Shown here: positions 8,999-18,471 of the stretch, piece after piece
How the letters are laid out: the number at the start of each line of letters is the position of its first letter
Position numbering within the stretch: the first letter of the stretch is position 1
From: an uncultured Methanosarcinales archaeon
GTDB taxonomy: Archaea > Nanobdellota > Nanobdellia > Woesearchaeales > UBA11576
NCBI GenBank assembly: GCA_964563755.1
Contig: CAZLYC010000001.1
Span: 11,548-75,547 of the forward strand
Length of the DNA: 64,000 nt
Reading direction: 5' to 3'
Notes under the pieces: model-generated
Seen by the model: only the letters and a program-made list of their open reading frames with translations
What the model was told of the DNA's origin: nothing
The model's database searches: none
Translations under genes and position numbers: made by a program

Positions 8999-9894
8999 TG
9001 AGAGATAAAAAAGACTCATCCAAATTAGAAGAATTCCTTGCAGATATTCCTGAGATAACATTCGGTGAACTGTATGATCACCTCTGTAAATCGCTTTCAG
9101 AACTGGAATCAGAAGCGAAAGCAGACGCTTATAATCGCGGAAGAAAGAATTCTTCAATTGACACATTCATGTCTAAGATGTTCTGTAATCACAATATTGA
9201 AAAAAAATATGAACTTTTAAAAGTTAAGAAAGAATTAGAAGAAAACAAAGATAGGTCATTGACTTTAGACACGCTCAAAGAATCATATGGCAATATTAGC
9301 GGTTATCTTGACGAAGATATACTTTTAAGTGTTGCTAAAAGAATAGTTGAATTAGACCCGAACCATTCATACGGATATGAGATTATAGGGGGTCTTCTTG
9401 AAATGTCAGAAAAATATGAATTAGCAAAAGAAGCATACTTAATAGCCACCAAAATATCACCGAGTATCCCTTCTTACAAACATCTAATCAGCACACATCT
9501 AAAATGTGGCGAAGCCAAACTTGCAGAAGATGCTTGTGAAAAGATGTATGAATTAGCTAAATCTGAAATCTATTCAAAAATTTATGTTGGAGAATACTTT
9601 CTCGACCTAGGACTAGAAGACCGAGCAGAACATATTTTCACTGAAATAAAAGACCATGTAGCAATAATCATGGAGTCTGGAAAACTAAATCATGATGAAG
9701 CAAGTAAATATGTTAAAGCGTGCAAGGGATTAATTAAAATATATGATTGTAAAGGCGACGGCCGTGCTGCCCTTGTAAAAAATGAACTTTACTCAGCCAC
9801 AGATCCTTCTGTTCAAGAAATTCGTGAAGGTTATGTTGAGGCTTTTATTAAACAAGCTATTAAAAAAGGACAAGAATTGAAAGAATTGAATTAA
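8998..9894 (+). CDS. Helical-repeat (TPR-like) protein
   Basis: 298 aa, all-alpha with repeated amphipathic helix pairs (..AYLIATKISPS..YKHLISTHLKCGEAKLAEDACEKMYELAK..). Overlaps the upstream stop (TAATG). Confidence 0.4.
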   Translation: MRDKKDSSKLEEFLADIPEITFGELYDHLCKSLSELESEAKADAYNRGRKNSSIDTFMSKMFCNHNIEKKYELLKVKKELEENKDRSLTLDTLKESYGNISGYLDEDILLSVAKRIVELDPNHSYGYEIIGGLLEMSEKYELAKEAYLIATKISPSIPSYKHLISTHLKCGEAKLAEDACEKMYELAKSEIYSKIYVGEYFLDLGLEDRAEHIFTEIKDHVAIIMESGKLNHDEASKYVKACKGLIKIYDCKGDGRAALVKNELYSATDPSVQEIREGYVEAFIKQAIKKGQELKELN

Positions 9895-10923
9895 TCATAG
9901 AACCTTAAAATCCACGCACACCCTAAATACACGTGGAGCGTGCTGGCCGCACTTGACTGTGCTTAAGATTTCACATTGCAGCTTATTACGCTTGCATGCG
10001 GCAAGTATCTTGTCGTGCACTTTCTTAAAATCCTCTTCTGCCTCGAACGCATAAAAGTGGATTATTGTCCCTGATTTCGATGCTGACAACGCGATATCCA
10101 GGAAATCCTCTGCAGATTTCGGCAAGGGCATGGCAATTCGGTCGAACTTGCGCTTCAATGCAGGAACAACATCACGCACGTCTCCTTGAAACAGCTCGAC
10201 GTTCTTCAGCTTGTTTAGCTTAATGTTCTCAAGACCATATTTATGACCGACCGGGTTCAATTCTACTCCTATGATATCCTTTGCCTTGCTCTTCTTTGCG
10301 ATGACGCAAGGATATGGAGCGCAGCCAGAGAACATCACAAGAACAGACTCTCCAGTCTTCACCTGTTTTGCTACACGCTCACGCTCTGTAGAAAGACGCG
10401 ATGAGAAATAGACCTGCTCGACATCTAGTTTTATCCTGACACCGTGCTCTGTGTGGATAGTCTCTTTAGTATCAACGCCAGTAAGATACTGCATAGGCTG
10501 CAAGCGAAACTCTGTAGAATGGATACCTGCTTTCTTGACAACAGTCTTAACGTTCTTCTGGATCTTCAAAAGAGTCTCTGCGACAAGCTTTTCCTTGTCC
10601 AAAAGCTCGTCCGGAATCTCAAGGATAGCTATGCTGCCGACGATATCGAACGAAGTCCTCAGGATCTTCATCTCCTCTTCTGTAAGCTTATCTGAAAGCA
10701 CGTCCTTCATATTCGTGCTCATCCTGTCCTTCTTCGCATTCCTTATCTCAGCGAACTCAACAAAAGGGAACTTCTTCTTTATGCATCCTTTCTTGACTAT
10801 CGGGAAAAATATGTGCTCTCCAGACTTATGAAAAACATAATCCTTGTCAAAAAGTTCATTCTGGACAAGATATTTCTTCACTTCCTGAGCCTTCTTCAAT
10901 GCAACTTCGACATAAAGCGCCAT
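9895..10923 (-). CDS. trm5: tRNA (guanine37-N1)-methyltransferase Trm5/TYW2 family
   Basis: Class I SAM methyltransferase core DIIGVELNPVGHKYGLENIKLNKL...FDRIAMPLP, matching the Trm5 NPPY-like region. The length (342 aa) fits archaeal Trm5. Confidence 0.65.
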   Translation of the reverse strand: MALYVEVALKKAQEVKKYLVQNELFDKDYVFHKSGEHIFFPIVKKGCIKKKFPFVEFAEIRNAKKDRMSTNMKDVLSDKLTEEEMKILRTSFDIVGSIAILEIPDELLDKEKLVAETLLKIQKNVKTVVKKAGIHSTEFRLQPMQYLTGVDTKETIHTEHGVRIKLDVEQVYFSSRLSTERERVAKQVKTGESVLVMFSGCAPYPCVIAKKSKAKDIIGVELNPVGHKYGLENIKLNKLKNVELFQGDVRDVVPALKRKFDRIAMPLPKSAEDFLDIALSASKSGTIIHFYAFEAEEDFKKVHDKILAACKRNKLQCEILSTVKCGQHAPRVFRVCVDFKVL

Positions 10924-10930
10924 TTTACAC

Positions 10931-11965
10931 CTAGAAGAAATCCCCTAAACCTTTCTGCGCTGATTTTGAGACTGCTGCGTCAAGCTTATCCAGCGTATCT
11001 TTCACACGCTCTTCACTGAACTCGTGCCTCTCGCAAAGTATGCTCATCACTTTTTCCCTATCGATAGGATTCCATGAAAGAGCGTAATCCTTATCTACAG
11101 GCATCTCCTTGAAAAGCCTGAAAACGTCTTTCCAATCATGGCTGAAATGCTCAGACCACTTGACCTCTTTAAACAATGAATCAAAATCATCGCCGTGCTC
11201 CTTGATTAATGTAAGAGCTTTCTTCGGCCCTATTCCTTTTATCCCGCCGACATTAAAATCAGTACCGATAAGGATGCCAAGGACTATTAGCTGGTCATGC
11301 GAGATGCCTAATGCTTCAAGATTCTCATCTAGAACCAACTGCTGCGGCTTGACTATCTCATATGAAAGCTTGTCTTTCTTCTTCTTGCGTTCAGAAATCG
11401 TCAGGTTCTGCACCATCCTCGGCACACCAAACAACAAGCAATCGTAATCCTGCGAGATTTCCGCAAAACAATCCCCTTTCTTCACCATGTAAGCTGCCTG
11501 AGCCTCGCCCTCAGAAGGAGCCTGGACAACAGGCACGCCAAGAGCATGGATAAGGTCAACTGCCTCGTCAATCATATCCCTAGTAAGACGTGATGTGCGC
11601 ATAGAATACTTCTTCATGTCATCGACATTGCCCTCGCTCTTTGCCTTCTCGTAAAGCTGCTTCGCCTCTTCCTTAAGACCGGCACGACGCTCAGACTCGT
11701 GACGCTTAAGTTCAGGAGCTTTCCCATCAAAAACAAACACCAGCTTGATGCCATAATGCATGATCTTTGTGGTCCTGTGAAAAAGACCATTAAGATGAGA
11801 AGTTATGCGACCTTTAGAATCCATAAGAGGAGTGCCATCCATCTGACGGATAGTGGAAAGGAACTGATAAAGAACATTATTTCCGTCAACAACAAGCCTC
11901 TTGCCAGAGAGCTGCTGCAATGATACCTCTTTTTTTACCACAATATCCTTAAGATTAACACCCAC
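10931..11965 (-). CDS. fen: Flap endonuclease FEN-1
   Basis: N-terminal MGVNLKDIV...GKRLVVDGNNVLYQFL and the acidic active-site blocks (VFVFDGKAPELK; DYDCLLFG), followed by the H3TH region. 344 aa. Confidence 0.9.
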   Translation of the reverse strand: MGVNLKDIVVKKEVSLQQLSGKRLVVDGNNVLYQFLSTIRQMDGTPLMDSKGRITSHLNGLFHRTTKIMHYGIKLVFVFDGKAPELKRHESERRAGLKEEAKQLYEKAKSEGNVDDMKKYSMRTSRLTRDMIDEAVDLIHALGVPVVQAPSEGEAQAAYMVKKGDCFAEISQDYDCLLFGVPRMVQNLTISERKKKKDKLSYEIVKPQQLVLDENLEALGISHDQLIVLGILIGTDFNVGGIKGIGPKKALTLIKEHGDDFDSLFKEVKWSEHFSHDWKDVFRLFKEMPVDKDYALSWNPIDREKVMSILCERHEFSEERVKDTLDKLDAAVSKSAQKGLGDFF

Positions 11966-11976
11966 CCAGGCACCTT

Positions 11977-12996
11977 TTAGATTTTCTTGACAAACATGCT
12001 CTTGAATTCCTTACTCAGAAGCTCCTCTGCCTTCTTATGCAGCTCGCCATTAGTGAGGAAAAGTATAGGAAGCTTCTTGACCTGACCATAGACAAAAGCT
12101 GTCGAAAGATCAGCATCACTTATCTTGGCCTTGTTCTTGGCCTTGCAATAATAATTCAATGACCCCACATTACTAGGAATCTTCACGACAAAATCATACT
12201 CAGAGCCTTTCTTAATCATAGAGAAATCAGATATCTCTATTCCTGAACCATCAAAGAACTCACTGACCTTCTTGAAGAACTTGTCATCCTCAGGGAAAGC
12301 GAGGACTTTTTGAGATTCCTCTAAGGGTGGCGCTTTCTTCTCTATCTTAATCTTCTCATCAGTATCTATCTGAGTGGAGAAAGAGAATGCAGTTTCATAA
12401 GAAAACTCCGGAACCTGCGATTCATCAAGCTGCGTCAAAGTGACAGAGGTTATCTGCTTCGCTGGATCTGCAGGAACAGATATTGACTCCTCAGCGACCT
12501 CAATAGTAGACTGCACTTCCTTCGGTTTCTCTACAGCAGCCTTCTTTGCATGCTCATCATTAAGGTAATCGCGAATAAGGTCCTTGGCCTCTGCGTCAGG
12601 GACAAGATAATACTTCCAGAACAAGTCAGCATGACTGTTCGCTGTAACTTCCAATGGAACAGCAAAATCAGTTATCTCACGCAACGAAACTCTCATCTGG
12701 GGATCAAGGCTCTTATCCTTTAGTATCTTATTTTTCTTAAGAAGCTGGAAAGTGTTGAAATCAGCGTCAGGCAGCTTATGGGCAAAGTTCTCAAGAACAG
12801 CCTCCTGGCCTTCGCAATAGTACAAAGGAGAGCCGCCTACCTTCATCGATGTCAACCTGAGCTTCTTCTGGTCAACCATCTCTGAAAGCATGGCTGAAGC
12901 GAACAGGACATTAGTCTTCATCTCATGATTTATCTGAGCAGGAAGCAACGGTCCCTTTTCCTTGACAATAGAAAGAAGCTTATCCCTATGGTCCAT
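11977..12996 (-). CDS. Winged-helix domain protein, otherwise hypothetical
   Basis: N-terminal ~80 aa look like a wHTH (LLSIVKEKGPLLPAQINHEMKTNVLFASAMLSEMVDQKKLRL). The C-terminal ~100 aa form a separate alpha/beta domain. Tightly packed upstream of fen and trm5 on the same strand. Confidence 0.4.
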   Translation of the reverse strand: MDHRDKLLSIVKEKGPLLPAQINHEMKTNVLFASAMLSEMVDQKKLRLTSMKVGGSPLYYCEGQEAVLENFAHKLPDADFNTFQLLKKNKILKDKSLDPQMRVSLREITDFAVPLEVTANSHADLFWKYYLVPDAEAKDLIRDYLNDEHAKKAAVEKPKEVQSTIEVAEESISVPADPAKQITSVTLTQLDESQVPEFSYETAFSFSTQIDTDEKIKIEKKAPPLEESQKVLAFPEDDKFFKKVSEFFDGSGIEISDFSMIKKGSEYDFVVKIPSNVGSLNYYCKAKNKAKISDADLSTAFVYGQVKKLPILFLTNGELHKKAEELLSKEFKSMFVKKI

Positions 12997-13104
12997 AAGT
13001 TGAAAATTGTTAGTTTTTCTATATAAACTTTGTCCTGTTTAAAAAGAAAGATTTAATCGATAAAAAATCGTAAAAGAATCAGGATGAATGCGACATTAAA
13101 ATGA

Positions 13105-13753
13105 TTAAGGCCTCATCCATCTAATCTCATAATATGTGACGTCCCCTTCGTCATCTACAACTCCAATCAGAAGACGTTTCTTTGTGGAATGCGCAACCCT
13201 GTTCTTCGCAGAAAAATCATACCAAGTTATCTGCTCGCCCTCGTGGACAGGATATATTATCCATCTTGCGTGGTCCTCGCCTGGCTTCACCCCTCGGTCA
13301 TACACACGGAAATCCGCGCCGAACTTAAGGGCAGTCTTTATGATGTAACCCCTGTTCCTTATATCCTTAAAAACCATATACCTAATCCAGAAATTAGGCT
13401 CCACTTTCTTCGCCTTCTTGATAAAATCATCCTTTGAAATCTGCTTGTCCTTGTCATCGATAACCTTGAGCCTGCCCTTCTCGATAAGATAAAGAGCTTC
13501 AAGCAAAGAGAGCTGGACCTTGCCTTCCTCAATCATGTTGCCGAAACGGCTCTGATTATAGAACTCCCTAGCCTCATCACTAGATTCAGCAATTACACGC
13601 TCGCGAGCAAAAACTGCAAGAACGACTGACTTTGGCTTCTTCTGCTCCTCCTTTGGAGCATCCTTCATCTCGACTGGCGAGATAGTCTCTGAAACCATTG
13701 CAGCCGATTCATCGGTCTCTGCAGGCGCCTCGACTTTCTTCTTGCGGGGCATG
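13105..13753 (-). CDS. endA: tRNA-splicing endonuclease EndA
   Basis: The C-terminal catalytic domain carries the conserved ALKFGADFRVYDRG...H...K block. Start chosen at ATG 13753 (MPRKKK...). Confidence 0.85.
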
Positions 13754-13843
13754 ATACACAAAAGATAATAGGGGATTTATAAATGTTTGGTGGTGTGTCC
13801 GCGTGTAAATATTTATAAATCTTGGCAGAACTTCTTTTGAACC

Positions 13844-14749
13844 ATGGAAATCACATTTTTAGGTACATCGGCAATGGTGCCGACAAAGGAAAGGAACGTA
13901 ACTGGAATATTCATCAAGTACAAAGAAGAAGGCATACTCATGGACTGCGGAGAAGGCACTCAGAGGCAGATGAACATAGCGGGGATAAACCGCAACTCAG
14001 TCACGAAGATACTCGTCAGCCACTGGCATGGAGACCACGTCTCAGGCATAGTCGGACTCATACAGACCATGGCGAACAAGGAGAAGAACCCGACAATAGA
14101 CCTCTACGGCCCTGAAGGGACTGAAGAGCATGTCAGGCACATGATAGGCATGGTCATATTTGACATACAGATAAACCTGAGAGTCCATGAACTGAAACCT
14201 CAAAAGAACGAGATACTCAAAGTCCTTGAAAATGAGGATTACATAATAGAATGCGCAGAGCTTGACCATAAAGTCCCCTGCATCGGATACAGCTTCATAG
14301 AGAAAGACAGGCTGAACGTAGACCCTGAAAAGCTGAGAGCTTTAGGAGTGAGGGACGGACCACATCTAAGGAAGATAAAGAACGGCGAAACAATAAACTA
14401 CAAAGGAAATGAGATAAAACCAGAACAGGTCACGTATAAAGTCGAAGGAAAGAAACTCACGTACATAGCAGACACTGCCGCATGCGAAAACGCGATAAAG
14501 CTCGCGGAAGCAGCAGACATAATGATATCAGAATCAGTATACGCAGACAAGCTGCAGGATAAGGCAGAGGATTACAAACACCTTACAGCAAAAGATGCCG
14601 CGATGATAGCAAGCCAGGCTGACGTAAAAAAACTCATACTCACGCATTTTTCACAAAGATACAAGACAACCGAAGAGATTGAGGAGAACGCAAGGACAAT
14701 ATTCCCAGAGACGACCTGCGCTTATGACTTCATGAAACTCAATCTTTGA
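13844..14749 (+). CDS. rnz: Ribonuclease Z (tRNA 3' endonuclease), short form
   Basis: Metallo-beta-lactamase HxHxDH motif (LVSHWHGDHVSG). 301 aa, typical of short RNase Z. Confidence 0.85.
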   Translation: MEITFLGTSAMVPTKERNVTGIFIKYKEEGILMDCGEGTQRQMNIAGINRNSVTKILVSHWHGDHVSGIVGLIQTMANKEKNPTIDLYGPEGTEEHVRHMIGMVIFDIQINLRVHELKPQKNEILKVLENEDYIIECAELDHKVPCIGYSFIEKDRLNVDPEKLRALGVRDGPHLRKIKNGETINYKGNEIKPEQVTYKVEGKKLTYIADTAACENAIKLAEAADIMISESVYADKLQDKAEDYKHLTAKDAAMIASQADVKKLILTHFSQRYKTTEEIEENARTIFPETTCAYDFMKLNL

Positions 14750-14826
14750 TTTCTCGACGACAAAAAATTTCATCCTTTGATGATGATAATAAATCTTTAA
14801 ATATACATAAATAATCAGAAAAAAGC

Positions 14827-14973
14827 ATGAATAAAACGAGCTGGCAAACTAGGAATGCAAAAGAGGATATCTTCGAAGACAAGGTAAGACAGCTCATGTA
14901 TAAAAGAAAAATAACATATCAGGAAGCGTCCCAACTAATAAAGAATGGGCAACGTTCAGTTTTTGATTTTTAA
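14827..14973 (+). CDS. Possible small ORF (48 aa) not in the supplied track
   Basis: ATG at 14827 (MNKTSWQTRNAKEDIFEDKVRQLMYKRKITYQEASQLIKNGQRSVFDF). No other support. Confidence 0.2.
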   Translation: MNKTSWQTRNAKEDIFEDKVRQLMYKRKITYQEASQLIKNGQRSVFDF

Positions 14974-14981
14974 GAAAGACA

Positions 14982-15072
14982 ATTGCCGCGCTCGCACTGA
15001 TTCTTTTAACGATTTCGTTTGCCCAACTACAAGTCAAGCAGATTGATTTTCTGTTGCTTGCCAGGCGGCAAT
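14982..15072. repeat. Copy A of a ~90-nt structured element (GC-rich 5' core GCCGCGCTCGCACTG, terminal helix ATTGCCGC/GCGGCAAT)
   Basis: Homologous to 59286-59380, with an identical 15-nt core and roughly 65% identity overall. The terminal inverted repeat covaries between the copies. Confidence 0.5.
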
Positions 15073-15145
15073 GACGCTAAGTTCTCTAACAATCTTTAAG
15101 CGTAATTACGCAACGTATTTAACCACACAAACCATTTTCTAATGT

Positions 15146-15535
15146 ATGTCCCGAAAAAGCAAAGGAATAAACGCAGAAAGGGAGCTCATACACCTGTTCT
15201 GGGCGAACGGATGGAGCGCATGCAGGATAGCTGGAAGCGGCTCATCAAGATACCCATCACCCGACGTGATAGCAGGCAACAATGTCAGGAGGATGGCAAT
15301 AGAATGCAAAGTCACAAAGGACATAAGGCAATACTTCACAAAAAAACAAGTAAATGAACTGCAGGAATTTGGCAAGATATTCGGAGCAGATCCTTGGACC
15401 GCTGTCAAGTTCAACTATGTCAACTGGTACTTCCTAACGCTTGAAGACATTGAACCCACACCCGAAGTATACTCAGTATCAATAGAAAGCGCGAAAAGAA
15501 AAGGTTTCCTTTTTGAAGAAATGATAAGAAAATAA
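15146..15535 (+). CDS. hjc: Holliday junction resolvase Hjc
   Basis: GINAERELIHLFWANGWSACRIAGSG...PDVIAG...RRMAIECKV matches the Hjc catalytic core (E..D/E.K). 129 aa. Confidence 0.85.
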   Translation: MSRKSKGINAERELIHLFWANGWSACRIAGSGSSRYPSPDVIAGNNVRRMAIECKVTKDIRQYFTKKQVNELQEFGKIFGADPWTAVKFNYVNWYFLTLEDIEPTPEVYSVSIESAKRKGFLFEEMIRK

Positions 15536-15537
15536 AT

Positions 15538-16527
15538 TTACCAGAGCTTAAGTTTCTTGAAGACGCTCTTTATCATGCCTTCTTCTTTCTCAACAGCCTC
15601 GACTTCTGTCTCAACCTTCCTTATCTCAGCCTGCTCTTTCTGGAGTTCAGCTTCCTCCTTCTTCACCTCAGTCATCAGCTCTTTCTCCTCTTTCTTGACT
15701 TCCTGGATAAGCTCTGTCTCTTCCTCCTTCTGCGAGAGGAACTCTGCGTTTGAGACGAACAATAGAAGTATCGCGATGAAAAGTACGTTTATCACGATGC
15801 CGAACAATGACTCCATGAAAAAGACGAACCTCGCCGCAGTAGACAATGGCGATATGTCACCATAACCAACTGTCGCAAAAGTCACCATGCTATAATAGAT
15901 GAAAGTGCCAAGCGTAGGAGGCTTCTCCTCTGCAAAGGAAATCGCAAAAGATTTCTGGCTGAATGAATCAGTATAAATATCATAATACAATGCGCCAAAA
16001 CCCGTGACATAAAGAAGAACTATAGCCATGCAGATAATCATGATAGATATCTGCTTGCCATGCTTGAACCAATCTCTAAGATTACGCTCTATGCCCAATA
16101 CCTCGGGGCACATTATGAAACTCACAAGTATATAGCTGCCAAAGTAGCTCACAATAGTCATAAGAAGACTATAGTCCTTGCGCCAAACTGAAGGAAAAGC
16201 TATCCCCAGACCTACAATCATGAAAGCCATGATAGAGTAACGCACACCGATGACCTTCTCCCTCTTCCTTATGAAGGGGATTATCAAGAAGAAAAACACG
16301 AACATGAAAGGTACCATGAATATCTTCGCGATGATTGCAGGAGATGCCTCAAAATATCCTGTGGTGACAGACCCTATCTTCATAGCAATAAGAAGGAACA
16401 CCATTATAGGTATGAAAAAAAGCATATTATAATTTATCAGCTTAAGGACAGAGATATCCGCCTTATGCTTGTCCATAGAACTGGAATGCTTACTATATCT
16501 CTGAAGCACCTCTTTCTTCAAGTCCAT
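15538..16527 (-). CDS. Potassium channel (six predicted TM segments and a pore loop) with a C-terminal acidic coiled coil
   Basis: Selectivity filter TVGYGD in MVTFATVGYGDISP, flanked by hydrophobic helices. C-terminal EEKELMTEVKKEEAELQKEQAEIRK coiled coil. Confidence 0.75.
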   Translation of the reverse strand: MDLKKEVLQRYSKHSSSMDKHKADISVLKLINYNMLFFIPIMVFLLIAMKIGSVTTGYFEASPAIIAKIFMVPFMFVFFFLIIPFIRKREKVIGVRYSIMAFMIVGLGIAFPSVWRKDYSLLMTIVSYFGSYILVSFIMCPEVLGIERNLRDWFKHGKQISIMIICMAIVLLYVTGFGALYYDIYTDSFSQKSFAISFAEEKPPTLGTFIYYSMVTFATVGYGDISPLSTAARFVFFMESLFGIVINVLFIAILLLFVSNAEFLSQKEEETELIQEVKKEEKELMTEVKKEEAELQKEQAEIRKVETEVEAVEKEEGMIKSVFKKLKLW

Positions 16528-16596
16528 ACGACCATCAAAACAAAATCAGTATTTAAACCTTTTTGAATAAAATACACAACCAACAGAATGACAGAC

Positions 16597-17745
16597 TTAA
16601 CCTAGCTCCTTAATGTATAATACCTTCTTCTCATCACTTAAGCCCCAAGCGGAAATGATGGAATTCTTGATGAGCTTATCAACAATCTCAGGACCGTAAA
16701 GCCCTGCAAGACGTATGAGATTATCATGCATATGTCCGCCAGGTATCATGGCAGGGTCATCAGGATTTACCGTGACAAGAACTCCCTGAGAGAGCAACCT
16801 ATCGAGACGAAGGTCATCATGCACATCCTTCCTGAAGAAGAACTCATTACAAACAGGATTCGACTCCAGACGTATGTTCTTTTCCCTCATGTAATAGATG
16901 CTGTCAGGATCCTTATGAAGAGGTATTGCGTGACTGATTGCGTCTGCACGAAGACAATGAATCGCTGTCCAGATATTCCTCATGTTAGTTGATTCATCAC
17001 ACATCTCACCAGCATGGACTGTACGCTTCAATGGCGTATCAAAAGTCTGCCTGAAAGCAGGGTAATGCTTCTCAGGAGGATTGCCGACTTCCCAACAGGC
17101 CAAGTCAATACCTAACACCATGCCAGGATAGTCCTTGTTGACAGCTATCGCAGCATCAGCTACAGCAACTCCAAGGTCAGGTGCTGAACCGCGGTCAATA
17201 CAGATTATCAAGCGTGCATCGACACCCGTAGCTTCATGCCCTTTCTGAAAACCATCGACAGCGCAGCGGATAACATCCTCAATAGAAAGCCCTGCACGAG
17301 TATGATACTCAGGAGCGAAACGCACCTCTGCGTAAGGCGAGTTCTGCGTCTTAAGATAGCGGCACTGGGCAAGAGCCAGATCCTCAAAGTCCTTCGAGGT
17401 CTGCATGAACTGCGTGAACATACCAAAAACATCAGTTATCTTATACTTCCCAAGAGCATGTATGAACTCAGTCAGCATAGCAGGACTGTCAACCCTCCTT
17501 GAAGAAGACGGAAAGTAACTGATAAGACGATTACTTATATCAAAGGAAGGCATCAATAGGTCTGCACCACGCTCCTCTGCCATGTGAAAGAGGCTTTCAG
17601 CAGGAATAGAACCATCCCAATGCAGGTGCAAAGGAAAGGTCTTCCTGTCCCTTATCCAAGAATAATCATCCCCCATACCAAAAAAACAGTCTCCTTGGAA
17701 ATATAAACCTTTTCCATGACAATATCTGTCTATAAGATAAAACAA
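16597..17745 (-). CDS. Adenosine/AMP deaminase-family amidohydrolase
   Basis: Signature HLHWDGS (HxHxDG) near the N-terminus and later His/Asp metal ligands. 382 aa. The true start may be the internal MGDDYSW. Confidence 0.6.
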   Translation of the reverse strand: MFYLIDRYCHGKGLYFQGDCFFGMGDDYSWIRDRKTFPLHLHWDGSIPAESLFHMAEERGADLLMPSFDISNRLISYFPSSSRRVDSPAMLTEFIHALGKYKITDVFGMFTQFMQTSKDFEDLALAQCRYLKTQNSPYAEVRFAPEYHTRAGLSIEDVIRCAVDGFQKGHEATGVDARLIICIDRGSAPDLGVAVADAAIAVNKDYPGMVLGIDLACWEVGNPPEKHYPAFRQTFDTPLKRTVHAGEMCDESTNMRNIWTAIHCLRADAISHAIPLHKDPDSIYYMREKNIRLESNPVCNEFFFRKDVHDDLRLDRLLSQGVLVTVNPDDPAMIPGGHMHDNLIRLAGLYGPEIVDKLIKNSIISAWGLSDEKKVLYIKELG

Positions 17746-17805
17746 GTATACAGATATGTCATTTTGACAAAAAGATTAATAAAACAAACCCACGTAAACA
17801 GAGCC

Positions 17806-18459
17806 ATGAAGAGGTGGATGCATAAAATAGAAGTCCTTGTGGACAAGGCAATAGGACCATGCATAATAATACTTCTCGCAGTAATCATAATGGAGCTGGG
17901 ATTCCATGACATGGTAGAGCACTACCAACTTGAAACACACATCCTGATAGCAGACTATCTTGTCATATTCATATTCGTGCTTGACCTCATATTCAAATAC
18001 CTAAAAACAAAGCACCTAAAAGATTTCTTCAGAAAATACTGGCTGGACATACTCGCAGTATTCCCATTCTTCCTCATGTTCAGATTCTATGAGATAACAA
18101 TAGGAATATTCACACCCGCACTGGCAGAAGGAGCAGAGACAGCACAGAAACTGATACATGAAGGACTTGAAGTCGAAAAGGAAGGAGTGAAGATAATACG
18201 AGAATCTGAAAAGATAGCTAAAGAAGCATCAGAACTATCTAAAGTGGGCAGAGAGGCATCCGAAGTCTCCAAGATAAGCAGAGAAGCGTCAGAAATATCC
18301 AAAGTGAGCAGGACAGGAAGACTAGCACGATTCCTAAGGCCGATATTCAGGATACCCCGATTATTCAAAAGTGCACACCACACGACAAAATTCTTCGCCC
18401 AGCCAGATGGAAGCCATCACGAGCATGAATACATGCCAAGACACAACAGAAAAAGCTAA
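17806..18459 (+). CDS. Voltage-sensor-domain-like membrane protein with no pore domain
   Basis: Three TM helices carry buried acidic residues (ADYLVIFIFVLDLIF; KYWLDILAVFPFF). An S4-like segment follows with Arg at every third position (RLARFLRPIFRIPRLFK). The loop before it holds three tandem EASE(L/V/I)SK(V/I)(G/S)R decapeptides. Confidence 0.5.
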   Translation: MKRWMHKIEVLVDKAIGPCIIILLAVIIMELGFHDMVEHYQLETHILIADYLVIFIFVLDLIFKYLKTKHLKDFFRKYWLDILAVFPFFLMFRFYEITIGIFTPALAEGAETAQKLIHEGLEVEKEGVKIIRESEKIAKEASELSKVGREASEVSKISREASEISKVSRTGRLARFLRPIFRIPRLFKSAHHTTKFFAQPDGSHHEHEYMPRHNRKS

Positions 18460-18471
18460 TACAAAAAGAAA

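Noticed and set aside
14982-15072. The repeated ~90-nt element as a box C/D or H/ACA guide RNA, or a tRNA fragment
   Set aside because: There is no consistent C (RUGAUGA) / D (CUGA) pairing in both copies. There is no ACA tail and no cloverleaf. It is retained only as an unclassified structured repeat.
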